A stretch of 61,967 nucleotides of DNA, the filler included, from a candidate division WOR-3 bacterium (GTDB lineage Bacteria; SDB-A), in assembly GCA_016934535.1 (NCBI GenBank). It is 5 parts of 5 records of this genome, joined end to end, with 100 filler letters (N's around TTAATTAATTAA, not from the genome) between each part and the next. Parts side by side here need not be neighbours in the genome. Positions count along the whole stretch, not along the records: positions 34,668 to 60,336 come from JAFGSQ010000071.1; 4 more parts are not named here. One strand, given 5' to 3'. Below are positions 38,812 to 49,667 of this stretch, piece by piece. Below the pieces are notes generated by a model that saw only the letters and a program-made list of their open reading frames with translations, had not been told where the DNA came from and searched no databases. The translations under genes were made by a program, and so were the position numbers. Position 1 is the stretch's first letter; every line of letters starts with the position of its first letter.

Positions 38812-39461
38812 AAAAAGCGATCAAAGGGCTGTATTTCGTCACCGACCCTCTTCTGACTCTCGGAAGGTCGGTGCAGGAAATTTCTTATCAGGCATGCAGA
38901 AGCGGCGTTGACATACTGCAGTTCAGGGACAAATCTCTACCCGACGACGAGTTTCTTGAAACGGCGCTTTATATCAGAAAAATAACAAGAGAATTCAACA
39001 CGCTTTTTATTCTCAACGACAGGGCTCACCTTGTCGGAGAATCCAAAGCGGACGGAGTCCATGTTGGCCTGTCTGATATAACTCCCGGTAAGGCCAGAGA
39101 TTTGATCGGCGACGAAAAAATTCTTGGAGTCTCGTTCCACGCTGAAAAAGATGCTCTCTTAGCGCAGGATTCAGGCGCGGACTATGTTGCGCTCAGTCCG
39201 GTTTTTGCAACCGAAACAAAAAAAGATCTTGGCGCACCCGCTGGATTTGAAGGCATCAGTTACTTTTCAAAACTTCTAAAAATACCGCTGGTCGCCATCG
39301 GAGGAATCAATACATCCAACGTAGTTCGGGTGATTTCCGCCGGAGCCGACTGCGCGGCAGTTGTCACGGCCATCAGTCTGTCTGAAGACATTAAAAAAAC
39401 CGTCATGGAGCTACGGGAAAAAATACGAGAAGGTTTTGAATCGAGAAACCTTTTACACTGA
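38808..39461 (+). CDS. thiE: Thiamine-phosphate synthase
   Basis: QFRDK, ILND, DGVHVGLSD, TETK, VAIGGI. Confidence 0.92.
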   Translation: MKKAIKGLYFVTDPLLTLGRSVQEISYQACRSGVDILQFRDKSLPDDEFLETALYIRKITREFNTLFILNDRAHLVGESKADGVHVGLSDITPGKARDLIGDEKILGVSFHAEKDALLAQDSGADYVALSPVFATETKKDLGAPAGFEGISYFSKLLKIPLVAIGGINTSNVVRVISAGADCAAVVTAISLSEDIKKTVMELREKIREGFESRNLLH

Positions 39462-39517
39462 ACTCAATCAGGTCATTTTTTTCGTATCTTTAAACAAAAC
39501 CTCTGTATTGGTTTTTC

Positions 39518-39546
39518 AGGCAATTCACAACAAGTGAATTGCCTTT
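39518..39546 (+). terminator. Rho-independent terminator after thiE
   Basis: AGGCAATTCAC-aacaa-GTGAATTGCCT then TT. Confidence 0.65.
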
Positions 39547-39577
39547 CCTTAACAAAACATTAACCGGCATTAATTTC

Positions 39578-39625
39578 TTGACAAAATTTCCGAACGAAAT
39601 ATAATGATTAGTTATTGCTAACTAA
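39578..39625 (+). promoter_or_regulatory. Promoter and probable MarR operator
   Basis: TTGACA-16-TATAAT (39578-39605) followed by palindrome TTAGTTA-ttgc-TAACTAA (39608-39625). Confidence 0.7.
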
Positions 39626-39636
39626 CGGAGTACGAA

Positions 39637-40077
39637 ATGGAACCGATGGATAATCTTGAACAGGCCGTCTTGGATTTTTCCGGCCTACTCGACATATTTG
39701 AAAGAGATTTCATGAAGAGCCGTGAAACAAACGATCTGACCATCAAACAGCTCCTCTATCTCTCTCTCATCGAATCAATGCCCGCATGTACGATCACTGC
39801 CATTTCCAAAAAACTTAATGTTAAAAAGCCGACGGTTTCCAATCTCATATCTGCTCTTGAAATCAAAGATCTCGTCAGAAAAAGGCTGTCAAAAAATGAC
39901 GCGAGAATTCATATAATCGAGATCACGACAAAGGGCAAAAATGTGCTCGCAAACAGGAAAAAACTTCACAGAGATTTTGCAAAAAAGATTCTTAAATGTT
40001 TGAACGAATCGGAAAAAGCACAGTCGTTAAAACTTCTAAAAAAAATTTACGATTGCAACAAGGAGCTTTTGAGATGA
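39637..40077 (+). CDS. MarR-family transcriptional regulator
   Basis: LTIKQ, KPTVSNLISALE, NDAR, ITTKG winged helix. Confidence 0.88.
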   Translation: MEPMDNLEQAVLDFSGLLDIFERDFMKSRETNDLTIKQLLYLSLIESMPACTITAISKKLNVKKPTVSNLISALEIKDLVRKRLSKNDARIHIIEITTKGKNVLANRKKLHRDFAKKILKCLNESEKAQSLKLLKKIYDCNKELLR

Positions 40078-41456
40078 TGTGTTTGACAATATTCACTTTA
40101 TTTCTTTTCATTCAGTCGCAGATCGTGATTCTGGATTTCGACGAATTTGTCAGGTCCAGTCTCGATTTCAGCCACGAAATAAAACATGCCGAACTCAATC
40201 ATGACATCACTAAAAACTCGGAGGCCCTGGCGTTCGGAAGCATGCTTCCCAGAATATCCGCAAACTTCAATTACACAAAAATAGACAAAGCAATTGGAGC
40301 GGATTTATCCGTACCTTCCCTTCCGGTTTTTTCAGCGCTAAATCCTGCAGAAATAATAGGTTTCACACCACCGGTAGACACCTACCTGAATTTTACAAAA
40401 GAAGATTTCAAAACCGCTTCAATAACTCTCGTCCAGCCTATTTTCTGGGGCGGTAAGATTTACAGGAATTACAGAATTCAATCCCTGATCAGGGAAAGCG
40501 CGTCCGAATACACCGCCATAACATACCAAAACACAGTAATGCAATGCGTCATCTCCTACGCGGGATATCATAAAGCCAAGGGACTTCTTTACTCTGCTTT
40601 AAGTTATGAACAGGCCATGGCCGCCCACCTCAGGGATGTCGAAAATCTCTACAACAACGGCGTACTGATAGAAAACGATTTGCAGAAAACGAGAATATAT
40701 CACGAAAACGCTCTTCTTTCGGTTCAGGCTTCGGAAAACGCCCTGAAACTAGCACAGATGAACATATGCAGACTTTCAGGTCTGGACATGTCGACCGACA
40801 TTACCTTTTCCGATTCATTGCCGGAACTATTTGTTCCGGAACTCGACCCAGGCACTTTTGTTGAATACGGACTGGCCAACAGAAAAGAGTTGTCAATCGC
40901 TGAATTAAATTTATCCGTAGCCGAGGAAAGGAAAGGAATTTCGCTAATGAGATTTGTACCGGATGTTACGCTTTTCGCGACTTTGAGGGCAAACAATCCG
41001 GATTTTGAACTTGAAGACGAATGGGAGACAGGCTGGATGATGGGTATTGATTTAAACTACACGTTGTTTGAAGGTTTCGGAAGAATCGCCCAGATTTCCG
41101 CTTCATCTTCTTCCCAGGCTCAAGCCCGCGAAAACATCCTCGCCGCCAGGGAAATGATTGAACTAGAAATCAGAACCGGCGTACTCGATCTTGAACTGGC
41201 TTTCAGAAGACTCCAGACGACGAAAGAAAAATACCAGACCTCACTCGAATACCTTGAACTTTCTGAACTTCGTTTCGTAAACGGCATGATAACAAATTCC
41301 GAACTGCTGGACGCATACCTTCTCAGAAGCGAAGCCGAGGCGGATTTGATTTCAGCCAAAGCGGACCTTGCAGTGAATTATGCCAAACTTAAAGCCAGCC
41401 TTGGATTGCTAGACCAATCGAATGTGTTTTCTGATTTCACGGAGGTGAATAATTGA
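40074..41456 (+). CDS. TolC-family outer-membrane efflux protein
   Basis: LPRISA, LVQPIFWGG, LRFVNG...ELLDA; ATG 40074 overlaps marR stop. Confidence 0.85.
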   Translation: MMCLTIFTLFLFIQSQIVILDFDEFVRSSLDFSHEIKHAELNHDITKNSEALAFGSMLPRISANFNYTKIDKAIGADLSVPSLPVFSALNPAEIIGFTPPVDTYLNFTKEDFKTASITLVQPIFWGGKIYRNYRIQSLIRESASEYTAITYQNTVMQCVISYAGYHKAKGLLYSALSYEQAMAAHLRDVENLYNNGVLIENDLQKTRIYHENALLSVQASENALKLAQMNICRLSGLDMSTDITFSDSLPELFVPELDPGTFVEYGLANRKELSIAELNLSVAEERKGISLMRFVPDVTLFATLRANNPDFELEDEWETGWMMGIDLNYTLFEGFGRIAQISASSSSQAQARENILAAREMIELEIRTGVLDLELAFRRLQTTKEKYQTSLEYLELSELRFVNGMITNSELLDAYLLRSEAEADLISAKADLAVNYAKLKASLGLLDQSNVFSDFTEVNN

Positions 41457-42493
41457 AAAGATTATTATGGCTTTTCACAGCCGTTGCCTGTTTATTTTCT
41501 TGCAGTTCAAATACAGAGCACAATGACAATCAGGACCGCTCAAAGAGAATTATGATCGCTGTTGTAGAGAACAGCCAATCGCTCCCCACATTAAAATTTT
41601 CTCAAAACATCGCCCCTCGCAGGGAATCACGTCTATCACCGGCAATGCCAGGCAGAATAGAGAGAATACTCGTGGAAAAAGGCGATTCTGTCAGGAAAGG
41701 CCAGCTCCTCGTCATTCTTTCAGGAGAGATGCTCACCGGAGCCCAGGCTCAATACGAAGCCGCAAAATCTGACTACGTCAGGGCGCAAAATCTTTACGAG
41801 AATTCGGCGATTTCACTTCAGCAGCTCGAAAAAGCCGAAGCCATATACAAGAGTGCCACTGCACAAAGAGACATGTCCGCAAGGTCAGCATACGTGTACG
41901 CTCCATTCAAGGGTATCATAACTGATGTTTCTTGCGAAGAAGGCGAAATATTCAGTTTTACCCCCGAAATCTCTCTTTCTTCAGTCGAAGGAAGCGGAAT
42001 CATCACTCTTTCAGCCATCGATTCAGTCGAGATCACAGGAAACGTGTCTGAACGTTATTACAACGAGATTCACAAAGGATTAGAAGCTGTGATTAGGCCA
42101 GACCTCTTCCCCGACACCCAATGGTCCGGTTGTGTATCTAACATCGGTTCCGTAATTGACATATCAACGAGAACTTTCGAAGTGGAAGTTGCCCTGGACA
42201 ATCCCGATCTGATTCTCAAGCCCGGAATGTTCGCCGAAGTTTCCATGATTCTTGATCAAATGATTTCGACGCGGATTCCGGAAGAAGCCCTCGTTACAGA
42301 TGCGAGCGGAAATGAGTTTTACGTCTTCGTTATTCAAAACGGAAAAGCCGTAAGAAAGACTGTGGTTGTCTCTTCAACCGAAAACGGATTCGTCGAAATT
42401 TTATCAGGTGTAAACAACGGCGACACGATAGCGACTGTCGGTTCGAGAACTCTTGAAGACGGAGACGAGATCTCAGTCGTCCACGAGAAGTAA
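41453..42493 (+). CDS. RND efflux periplasmic adaptor (lipoprotein)
   Basis: LFSC lipobox-like, GRIERILVEKGDSVRKGQLL, APFKG, LKPGMF. Confidence 0.88.
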   Translation: MKRLLWLFTAVACLFSCSSNTEHNDNQDRSKRIMIAVVENSQSLPTLKFSQNIAPRRESRLSPAMPGRIERILVEKGDSVRKGQLLVILSGEMLTGAQAQYEAAKSDYVRAQNLYENSAISLQQLEKAEAIYKSATAQRDMSARSAYVYAPFKGIITDVSCEEGEIFSFTPEISLSSVEGSGIITLSAIDSVEITGNVSERYYNEIHKGLEAVIRPDLFPDTQWSGCVSNIGSVIDISTRTFEVEVALDNPDLILKPGMFAEVSMILDQMISTRIPEEALVTDASGNEFYVFVIQNGKAVRKTVVVSSTENGFVEILSGVNNGDTIATVGSRTLEDGDEISVVHEK

Positions 42494-42494
42494 A

Positions 42495-45400
42495 ATGAAC
42501 TTAATCGACATTGCCGTAAAAAAACCCTACATGACTCTGATGTTCTATATGGCTCTTGTCGTCATAGGAATATTCAGCGTTACCAGAATCCCACAGGACA
42601 TGTTTCCGGATATAGAGGTCCCGCAGCTGACAGTGCTGACCGTCTATCCCGGAGCTTCCTGCGAAAACGTCGAAAGACTGGTAACAAAACCTCTCGAAGA
42701 AGTGCTCGCTGGAGCGTCTGATCTCAAACATATTAATTCCTGGTCCAAAGACAACGTCTCAATCATCCAGCTCGAATTCAATTACGGAACCAACTTAGAT
42801 GCTGCAGCAACGGACATACAGCAATTTGTGGATTTCGTCTCTGAGAATCTGCCTAACGGAGCAAAAAAACCGAGGATAATGAAGATATCAACGGGACACT
42901 ATCCCATCCTCTACTTCGGTATCAAATACCAGGAAGGCATCACTGACATAGACGACATAGTCAACAATCAGATTGCAGAAAGGATACAGCGTTCAACAGG
43001 CGTTGCGAATGTCCTGGTTTTGAACCTTCCGAAGAAAGAAATCAGAATATCTCTAAGCCCGTCGGATTTGAGGAAATACGGCGTGTCAATTGATCAGATA
43101 CGAACCGCTCTCAGTTTGGAGAATATAACAATCCCCGCCGGCAATGTTGACATAGGCACCATGAACTGGTCTGTTTCAGTGCCTTCGGATCTTGCATCGG
43201 TGGAGGAGATCGCTTCAGTTCCGGTGTCTTTTCAAAACGGAGTTATAGTCAGACTTCGCGACGTCGGAACAATCAAGGACACCATCGCACCTTCGACATC
43301 GTCTTCAATGGTAGACGGTGAAAAAGGTGTAGTGCTTGTCGTTATGAAACAGTCCGGCGTCAATTCAGTGGAAGTGTCGAAAAGTGTTAAAAATACAGTG
43401 GAACAATTGAGAGAAGGCCTTCCCGATGGAGTTGAAATAGAACTCGTTCAGGATTATTCGGAAAACATAACAAACATCATTGGAAACCTCAAGCAGACGA
43501 TATTCATTGTTTTGACAGCTGTCATCGCCGTCGTTTTTTTCTTTCTGAGAAAACTCGTGCCGAGCCTTATTATATCTCTTTCCATACCCTCTTCCATTAT
43601 CATAGTCTTCATAGGTCTTTTCGCATTCGGTTATTCCTTCAACGCCGTTTCTCTCATGAGTATAGCTGTTGCCATAGGCATGATAGTCGATAACGCGATA
43701 GTCGTTCTCGAAAATATAGATAAACACAGAGACAGATCAGAGGACATGAAGTCCGCTTCCATAAACGGAGCAAAGGAAATGGCGCCGGCAGTCATCGCCG
43801 CCACCCTGACAACCGTCATTGTGTTTCTTCCTCTTGTTTTCGTCAGGGGTCTTGTTGGAATTTTATTCAAGCAGTTGGCCTTCGTAATAATAGTCACCAT
43901 TGGTTCTTCTGTTTTTACGGCTCTGACTCTGACTCCGATGCTGACGTCCAAACTCGAAAAGACCAGGAAAAAGAATAATTCTCTCAGCAAGTTCTATGTG
44001 CTTTCAGAAAAATTCTTCAACAGCGTAGAAGCTTCCTATTTCAGACTTTTGTCATTCACGCTCAGGCATAAGTACGCGTCCCTGACAGTTACGGCGATTG
44101 TATTCATTCTTTCTCTTCTTCTGATACCGCTTGTGGGAACCGGATATTTTTCTAATATTGACACTGGAGAACTGACCATATCCATCAACACTCCGTCGGG
44201 AACTTCTCTCGAGGCTACAGAGAAAGTAACTGCGCAGGTTTTTGCCTTGATAGACGAAGTCGTCAAAGACAAGATCGTCGCATTTTCAATGGAAGGGCAG
44301 GACGAGAAAGGCCTTCTTTCCACAGCAGGATTTAATGAAGGCAGCAACATAGCTACTATTGTCGTTCGCCTGACACCTCTTGAAAAGAGAGACAAATCGT
44401 CGGAGGAAATAGCCTGTATTCTCAGAGAAAGAATGAATGAAATACCAAATATAACTAAATATTCCGTGTCAAGCCAGTCTATAATGCTTCAGCTTTTACT
44501 CGGAGGATCCAGTGAAATCGAAATTGAAGTTTCAGGTCAAAACCTCGAAACAATCAATGAAATGGCTTTTGCCCTGTCAGACTCGGCCAGAAACATATCC
44601 GGCGTCGTAGACGCCTCCACGACAATTGACAACGGAAGACCAGAGCTTCGAATTGTCATTGACAAAGACAAAGCCTCTTTGCTGGGGTTGACTCCAATGA
44701 TGGTTGCCATGCAGGTAAGGCAGTCACTTTACGGTCAGGACGCAGGATCCATAATAGTCATGGATTCGGACCGACCTATTTTTATAACGTACGAAGAACA
44801 TTCAAAAGACGACATCGAAAAAATCAAAGAAATTGTTCTGACAACTGTCTTCGGAAAACAGGTCTCTATTGGAGACATAGCCGAAATCGAAAGAGATTTC
44901 GCCCCGATAGAAATAGCGAGAAAAGACAGGACAAGAACTGTTACAGTTATTTTATCTCTTTCCGGCAGATCTATGGGCGAAGTCGCCTCAGATTTATCGC
45001 CGATAATTCAGAGGATTGACACCCTATCCGGTGTGAATGCCAGAATTGCCGGTCAAACCGAAGACCAGAGAGAGACCTTTTTGGACCTTGCCACGGCATT
45101 ATTCATCGGCATCGTTCTCGTTTACATGATTATGTGTGCCCAGTTCGGTTCGTTCAGAGACCCTTTCATCATTATGTTTTCCATCCCTTTCACTTTTACA
45201 GGAATCATTCTTGCGTTTCTTATGACCGGATACGAGTTGAACATGATAACTTCTATCGGTGTTATAATGCTCATGGGCATAGTCGTAAACAACGGTATAG
45301 TTCTGATTGATAGAATGAACACTTTGAAAAATTCAGGAAAACCTATACTCGAAACCGTCATAGAAGGAAGCATCTCCAGGCTGAGACCCATACTCATGAC

Positions 45401-45608
45401 CGTCTTAACAACTGTAATCGGTTTCATTCCTCTTGCTCTGTCAAGAAAACAGGGTTACGAGATATGGTCGCCTTTCGCCACAACCGCTTTGGGAGGCCTC
45501 CTGGCTTCGACTGTCGTCACCCTGATTATAATTCCCGTGTTGTATTCGATTTTTCACAGAGAAAGAAAATTAAACAAAACCGGAGTACAGGGACCCGATT
45601 TGTCATAA
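42495..45608 (+). CDS. RND efflux permease (AcrB family)
   Basis: YPGAS, GMIVDNAIVVLEN, GIVVNNGIVL, RLRPILMT. Confidence 0.92.
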   Translation: MNLIDIAVKKPYMTLMFYMALVVIGIFSVTRIPQDMFPDIEVPQLTVLTVYPGASCENVERLVTKPLEEVLAGASDLKHINSWSKDNVSIIQLEFNYGTNLDAAATDIQQFVDFVSENLPNGAKKPRIMKISTGHYPILYFGIKYQEGITDIDDIVNNQIAERIQRSTGVANVLVLNLPKKEIRISLSPSDLRKYGVSIDQIRTALSLENITIPAGNVDIGTMNWSVSVPSDLASVEEIASVPVSFQNGVIVRLRDVGTIKDTIAPSTSSSMVDGEKGVVLVVMKQSGVNSVEVSKSVKNTVEQLREGLPDGVEIELVQDYSENITNIIGNLKQTIFIVLTAVIAVVFFFLRKLVPSLIISLSIPSSIIIVFIGLFAFGYSFNAVSLMSIAVAIGMIVDNAIVVLENIDKHRDRSEDMKSASINGAKEMAPAVIAATLTTVIVFLPLVFVRGLVGILFKQLAFVIIVTIGSSVFTALTLTPMLTSKLEKTRKKNNSLSKFYVLSEKFFNSVEASYFRLLSFTLRHKYASLTVTAIVFILSLLLIPLVGTGYFSNIDTGELTISINTPSGTSLEATEKVTAQVFALIDEVVKDKIVAFSMEGQDEKGLLSTAGFNEGSNIATIVVRLTPLEKRDKSSEEIACILRERMNEIPNITKYSVSSQSIMLQLLLGGSSEIEIEVSGQNLETINEMAFALSDSARNISGVVDASTTIDNGRPELRIVIDKDKASLLGLTPMMVAMQVRQSLYGQDAGSIIVMDSDRPIFITYEEHSKDDIEKIKEIVLTTVFGKQVSIGDIAEIERDFAPIEIARKDRTRTVTVILSLSGRSMGEVASDLSPIIQRIDTLSGVNARIAGQTEDQRETFLDLATALFIGIVLVYMIMCAQFGSFRDPFIIMFSIPFTFTGIILAFLMTGYELNMITSIGVIMLMGIVVNNGIVLIDRMNTLKNSGKPILETVIEGSISRLRPILMTVLTTVIGFIPLALSRKQGYEIWSPFATTALGGLLASTVVTLIIIPVLYSIFHRERKLNKTGVQGPDLS

Positions 45609-45658
45609 AATCAGATCGATCGTTGAAAGCGAACTGATCTTACTGCTTGTATGCCGAT

Positions 45659-45686
45659 AAAAAAAGGCGCCGGAAGGCGCCTATTT
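45659..45686. terminator. Terminator between RND operon and rplQ
   Basis: A7-GGCGCC-ggaa-GGCGCC-TATTT; U tract on the minus strand. Confidence 0.7.
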
Positions 45687-45708
45687 AGATAAATGATCCA
45701 AGGGGCGA

Positions 45709-46170
45709 TTATTTTTTATTTTTTTCTTTTTCCTTGTCCTTGTCGTCTTTCTTTGCTTTTCTTCCCCCTCTTCTCGTCGCCGGTTTCTTTTCCTTTTTCT
45801 CTTTCTTTTCTTCCTTATACGATGAGAGTTCTATAAGAGCCATTCTTGCGTTGTCGCCCTGACGGAAATCAAGCCCGTAAATTCTCGTATATCCGCCTTT
45901 TTTTTCCTTCATTTCAGGTATGACTTTATCGAACAGGCTTTTGACCGTTTCTTTCCCGTAGACAAGCCGGGCTACATATCTTCTCGCGTTGAAATCGTCA
46001 ATTTTCGCCTTTGTAATAATTTTTTCAACGTACGGCTGAAGCTCTTTCGCAATGGATTTTGTCGTTTTTATCTTTCCGTGAAGAAAGAGCGAACTCGCCG
46101 CGTTTCTCAGAAGGGCTTTTCTGTTCGAATCGTTTCTTCCGAGTTTTCTTCCTTTTACTTTATGTCTCAT
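45709..46170 (-). CDS. rplQ: 50S ribosomal protein L17
   Basis: MRHKVKGRKLGR, GGYTRI. Confidence 0.95.
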   Translation of the reverse strand: MRHKVKGRKLGRNDSNRKALLRNAASSLFLHGKIKTTKSIAKELQPYVEKIITKAKIDDFNARRYVARLVYGKETVKSLFDKVIPEMKEKKGGYTRIYGLDFRQGDNARMALIELSSYKEEKKEKKEKKPATRRGGRKAKKDDKDKEKEKNKK

Positions 46171-47155
46171 CTGATTTCTCCGTTTCGTCGGGTTCCAGGT
46201 ATTCGCTAACATCCATTCCGAATCTCAAACCTTTGGATTCGAGGACTTTGATAAGCTCCTGCAGAGAGCGCTTGCCGAAGTTTTTGTATTTCAGCATTTC
46301 CTGCTCACTTCTCTGAACGAGGTCGCCGAGATTTCTTAGCTTTGCTTCTTTCAGGCAGTTCGCGGCTCTGACGGAGAGTTCCAGCTCTTCCACCTTCTGC
46401 GTCAAAAGCTTTTTCATTCTTTTCTTTTCCTCGTCAACTTCTTCTTCAACTATGGTTTCCGGTTCCTTTTCAAAATTGATAAGAACCATGGAGTAATCTT
46501 TCATAATCTTACCCGAATGAGACAGAGCTTCCATCGGTTTTATTGTTCCGTCAGTCCAGATATCGAGAGTCAGTTTGTCGTAATCGGCCCTGTTGCCGAC
46601 TCTTGTGTTCTCAACCGAGTAATTCACTTTTACAACCGGAGAAAAAACGGCGTCGAGAAAAATAGTTCCGAGAGGTGCGTTTTTGGTTTTGAGTCTTTCG
46701 ATGGGGCAATATCCAGTACCTGACGTCACTTCCATTTCCATTTTTATGTCGGCGTTTCTGCCCAGAGAACATATTTCAAGTTCAGGGTTGACTATCTTGA
46801 CTCCGGCCGGCGTCCAAATATCTCCGGCTTTTACGATACAGGGTCCTTTTTTCCTTACCTCAAGAGTGACAGGCAAATCGCAGTCGGCTTTCAGTCTTAC
46901 TTTCTTCAGCCTCAATTCAATCTCAATAATGTCCTCCATGACTCCGGGAACCGGGACGTATTCGTGGTCAACGCCGTCTATTCTTATCCTCGTAATTGCT
47001 GAGCCCTGTATTGAAGAAAGAAGTATCCTCCGCAAAGCGTTGCCTAACGTGAAACCGAAACCTCTTTCAAGAGGGTCGAGTACAAATCTTCCGTAATTTG
47101 CCTTTTCTTCTTCTACCACGACACTCTTAGGTATCTGAATTGGTTTTAGCTTCAT
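46160..47155 (-). CDS. rpoA: RNA polymerase alpha subunit
   Basis: PLERGFGFTLGNALRR, LSVRAANCL. Confidence 0.97.
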   Translation of the reverse strand: MKLKPIQIPKSVVVEEEKANYGRFVLDPLERGFGFTLGNALRRILLSSIQGSAITRIRIDGVDHEYVPVPGVMEDIIEIELRLKKVRLKADCDLPVTLEVRKKGPCIVKAGDIWTPAGVKIVNPELEICSLGRNADIKMEMEVTSGTGYCPIERLKTKNAPLGTIFLDAVFSPVVKVNYSVENTRVGNRADYDKLTLDIWTDGTIKPMEALSHSGKIMKDYSMVLINFEKEPETIVEEEVDEEKKRMKKLLTQKVEELELSVRAANCLKEAKLRNLGDLVQRSEQEMLKYKNFGKRSLQELIKVLESKGLRFGMDVSEYLEPDETEKSDET

Positions 47156-47168
47156 TTATTTTCCCCTT

Positions 47169-47801
47169 TTACTTCGAATATAGCTCGACTATCAAATGTT
47201 CCCTTATATCCGGCGGCAGATCCGTTCTCTCCGGAATTGTGTTGAAGACGGCTTTCTTTTTTTCCAGATCCAGTGTAATCCAGCTTGGTATTCCTCTTTG
47301 TTTTCTCGCTTCGAGAGAATGGACAACCAGATCGAGGGATTTGCTTTTTTCCTTTAACTCAATGAGATCTCCTATCTTGACCTGATAAGAGGGATAATTG
47401 ATCTTCTTACCGTTAATGCAAATGTGTCCGTGTCTAATCAACTGTCTGGCTGATTTTCTCGAAGGGGCAAACCCCGATCTGTAGGCGACATTGTCGAGTC
47501 TTCTTTCGAGAAGCTGAAGAAGTAAGGTTCCTGTGATACCCTTTTGCCGTGAAGCGTCTTCAAAATAATTTCTGAACTGCTTCTCCAGAACACCGTATTG
47601 TCTTTTGACTTTCTGCTTTTCCCTTAACTGGTCGCCGTATAGATTCATTTTTCTGCGTCTTCTCCCCATCGAGACCCCGGGAGCCTTGACTGATTCTTTT
47701 TCCATCGGGCATTTGGTCGTAAAACATTTTTCTCCTTTGAGAAAAAGTTTGACGCTCTCTCTCCTGCAAAGCCTGCAATTAGGACCTGTATATCTTGACA
47801 T
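47169..47801 (-). CDS. rpsD: 30S ribosomal protein S4 (Zn-binding type)
   Basis: MSRYTGPNCRLCRR, LERRLDN. Confidence 0.97.
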   Translation of the reverse strand: MSRYTGPNCRLCRRESVKLFLKGEKCFTTKCPMEKESVKAPGVSMGRRRRKMNLYGDQLREKQKVKRQYGVLEKQFRNYFEDASRQKGITGTLLLQLLERRLDNVAYRSGFAPSRKSARQLIRHGHICINGKKINYPSYQVKIGDLIELKEKSKSLDLVVHSLEARKQRGIPSWITLDLEKKKAVFNTIPERTDLPPDIREHLIVELYSK

Positions 47802-47819
47802 ATCTTGTTACCCCCGACT

Positions 47820-48218
47820 TTATACTCTGCGCTTTTTGGGCGGTCTGCATCCGTTATGAGGGATGGGTGTGATGTCCTTTATTAGAATTACTTCCAGGCC
47901 GGAACCTTCAAGAGACCTTATGGCAGATTCCCTGCCGGGACCAGGCCCTTTTACCCAGACCTCGACTCTTTTCAATCCGAGAGACATCGCTTTTTTAGAC
48001 GCGTCTTTGGCGGCTTCACCTGCGGCGAACGGCGTTCCTTTCCTCGAACCTTTCTGGCCGGAAGTTCCGGAAGAAGCCCAGCTTATAGTCGCGCCCTGCG
48101 TGTCAGTCAATGTCACTATCGTGTTGTTAAACGTCGAATGTATATGAGCGACACCGTTTGTGTCGACTTTTGTTTTTTTCTTAGTTTTTTTCTCGGATCT
48201 TACCTTCTTAGCAGACAC
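47820..48218 (-). CDS. rpsK: 30S ribosomal protein S11
   Basis: [22 protein letters not shown]. Confidence 0.97.
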   Translation of the reverse strand: MSAKKVRSEKKTKKKTKVDTNGVAHIHSTFNNTIVTLTDTQGATISWASSGTSGQKGSRKGTPFAAGEAAKDASKKAMSLGLKRVEVWVKGPGPGRESAIRSLEGSGLEVILIKDITPIPHNGCRPPKKRRV

Positions 48219-48254
48219 TTATCCTCCTCATTCATATCATATTTAAAGGCATCG

Positions 48255-48638
48255 TTATTTTTTCAACACGACTTTTTTCGCGGCGACGGCTCCTTTTTTG
48301 GGTCCTTTTCTCGTCCTCGCGTTGGTCTTCGTTCTCTGCCCTCTGACAGGCAAACCTCTGGCGTGTCTCATGCCTCTGTAACACTGAATCTCTTTCAGCC
48401 TTTTTATATTCTGAGCGATATCGGCTCTGAGCTGTCCTTCGACTTTCAAATTTTCGTCTATGTATCGTCTTATTTTTTCCACGTCTTTTTCAGTCAGCTC
48501 ATTCGTTCTCAAGGAAGGATTGATGTCAACCGCTTTCAACACCATCTGAGATGTTTTAAGCCCCATTCCGTAAATATATGTCAAAGCGACTTCAACTCTT
48601 TTATTTCTCGGAAGGTCTATACCGGATATTCTTGCCAA
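48255..48638 (-). CDS. rpsM: 30S ribosomal protein S13
   Basis: [23 protein letters not shown]. Confidence 0.97.
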   Translation of the reverse strand: MARISGIDLPRNKRVEVALTYIYGMGLKTSQMVLKAVDINPSLRTNELTEKDVEKIRRYIDENLKVEGQLRADIAQNIKRLKEIQCYRGMRHARGLPVRGQRTKTNARTRKGPKKGAVAAKKVVLKK

Positions 48639-48648
48639 AGATCACCTC

Positions 48649-48765
48649 CTATCCCTGACGCTGCTTGTGTTTGGGATTTTTTTTGCATATTATTCTCACG
48701 ACATTGTTTCTTCTTATAATTTTGCAGTCCTTGCAAATTTTCTTTACCGAAGTCCTGACTTTCAT
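48649..48765 (-). CDS. rpmJ: 50S ribosomal protein L36
   Basis: Hand translation [38 protein letters not shown]; too short for the ORF track. Confidence 0.95.
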   Translation of the reverse strand: MKVRTSVKKICKDCKIIRRNNVVRIICKKNPKHKQRQG

Positions 48766-48775
48766 TTTTTCCCCT

Positions 48776-49015
48776 TTATTTCTGCCTGTATATTATTCTT
48801 CCCCTGGTCATGTCGTAGGGAGAAAGTTCCAGCGTCACTTTGTCGCCGGGTAGTATCTTAATGTAATTTATCCTCATCCTGCCCGAAAGATAAGCCTGAA
48901 CAAGGTGCTGTGTATTTTCTATCATCACTCTGTATTTCAACCCCGGCAGAACTTCCTGAACGATCCCGTTTATCTGGATCCCTTTTCTGCCTTTTCCTTC
49001 AATCATTAATTTCAT
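48776..49015 (-). CDS. infA: Translation initiation factor IF-1
   Basis: [28 protein letters not shown]; start may be 49006. Confidence 0.95.
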   Translation of the reverse strand: MKLMIEGKGRKGIQINGIVQEVLPGLKYRVMIENTQHLVQAYLSGRMRINYIKILPGDKVTLELSPYDMTRGRIIYRQK

Positions 49016-49661
49016 GCTCCAAATCTCTCATCAGTTCGATTTTTTCCTTTTCTCCGTTTACATTGACCAGAAGACCTTTTTCGCGGTAATAATCGAGAAG
49101 CGGTTTTGTCTGTTTTTCGTAAACCAGAAGCCTGTCCCTGATTATCTCCGGCTTGTCGTCGTCTCTAATAATTAAGCGGGCTCCGCAAACGCCGCAAATT
49201 CCGACTTTCGCCGGTTTATCAGTCCTGAGATTATACACTTTTTTACACAAAGGGCAATATCTTCTGTTCGAATTTCTTTCAACGGCTGTTTCGGCGTCTA
49301 TCTCAAAATAAAAAACTTTGAAAAGGTCCTCTTTTTTTTCAGCGAGTATTCTGCCGAGACCTTCCGCCTGAATAATTGTTCTCGGAAATCCGTCGAAAAT
49401 GCAAACCGGAGACGAGTTTTGAGTGTTCTCAAAAGCCGCCCCAACAGCCTCTATGACTGTTTCGTCCGGAACCAGTTGACCTGCAGAGACGAGTTTATTT
49501 ATCTTTTCTCCGAGTTCGGTTTTTTTACCAGCTGCTTCTCTCAAAATATCTCCTGCCACAATCACGTTATACTTTTTTTTAGATCTGAAAAGCGCTGCTT
49601 GTGTTCCTTTTCCCGCTCCCGGAGGGCCTATGAATACAACTATTTTCCGCTTTTCAGTCAA
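48999..49661 (-). CDS. adk: Adenylate kinase (Zn-LID type)
   Basis: [20 protein letters not shown]...CGVC. Confidence 0.95.
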   Translation of the reverse strand: MTEKRKIVVFIGPPGAGKGTQAALFRSKKKYNVIVAGDILREAAGKKTELGEKINKLVSAGQLVPDETVIEAVGAAFENTQNSSPVCIFDGFPRTIIQAEGLGRILAEKKEDLFKVFYFEIDAETAVERNSNRRYCPLCKKVYNLRTDKPAKVGICGVCGARLIIRDDDKPEIIRDRLLVYEKQTKPLLDYYREKGLLVNVNGEKEKIELMRDLEHEIND

Positions 49662-49667
49662 ATTGCC

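Noticed and set aside
48999-49015. No map gene between adk and infA
   Set aside because: Common variation in this operon
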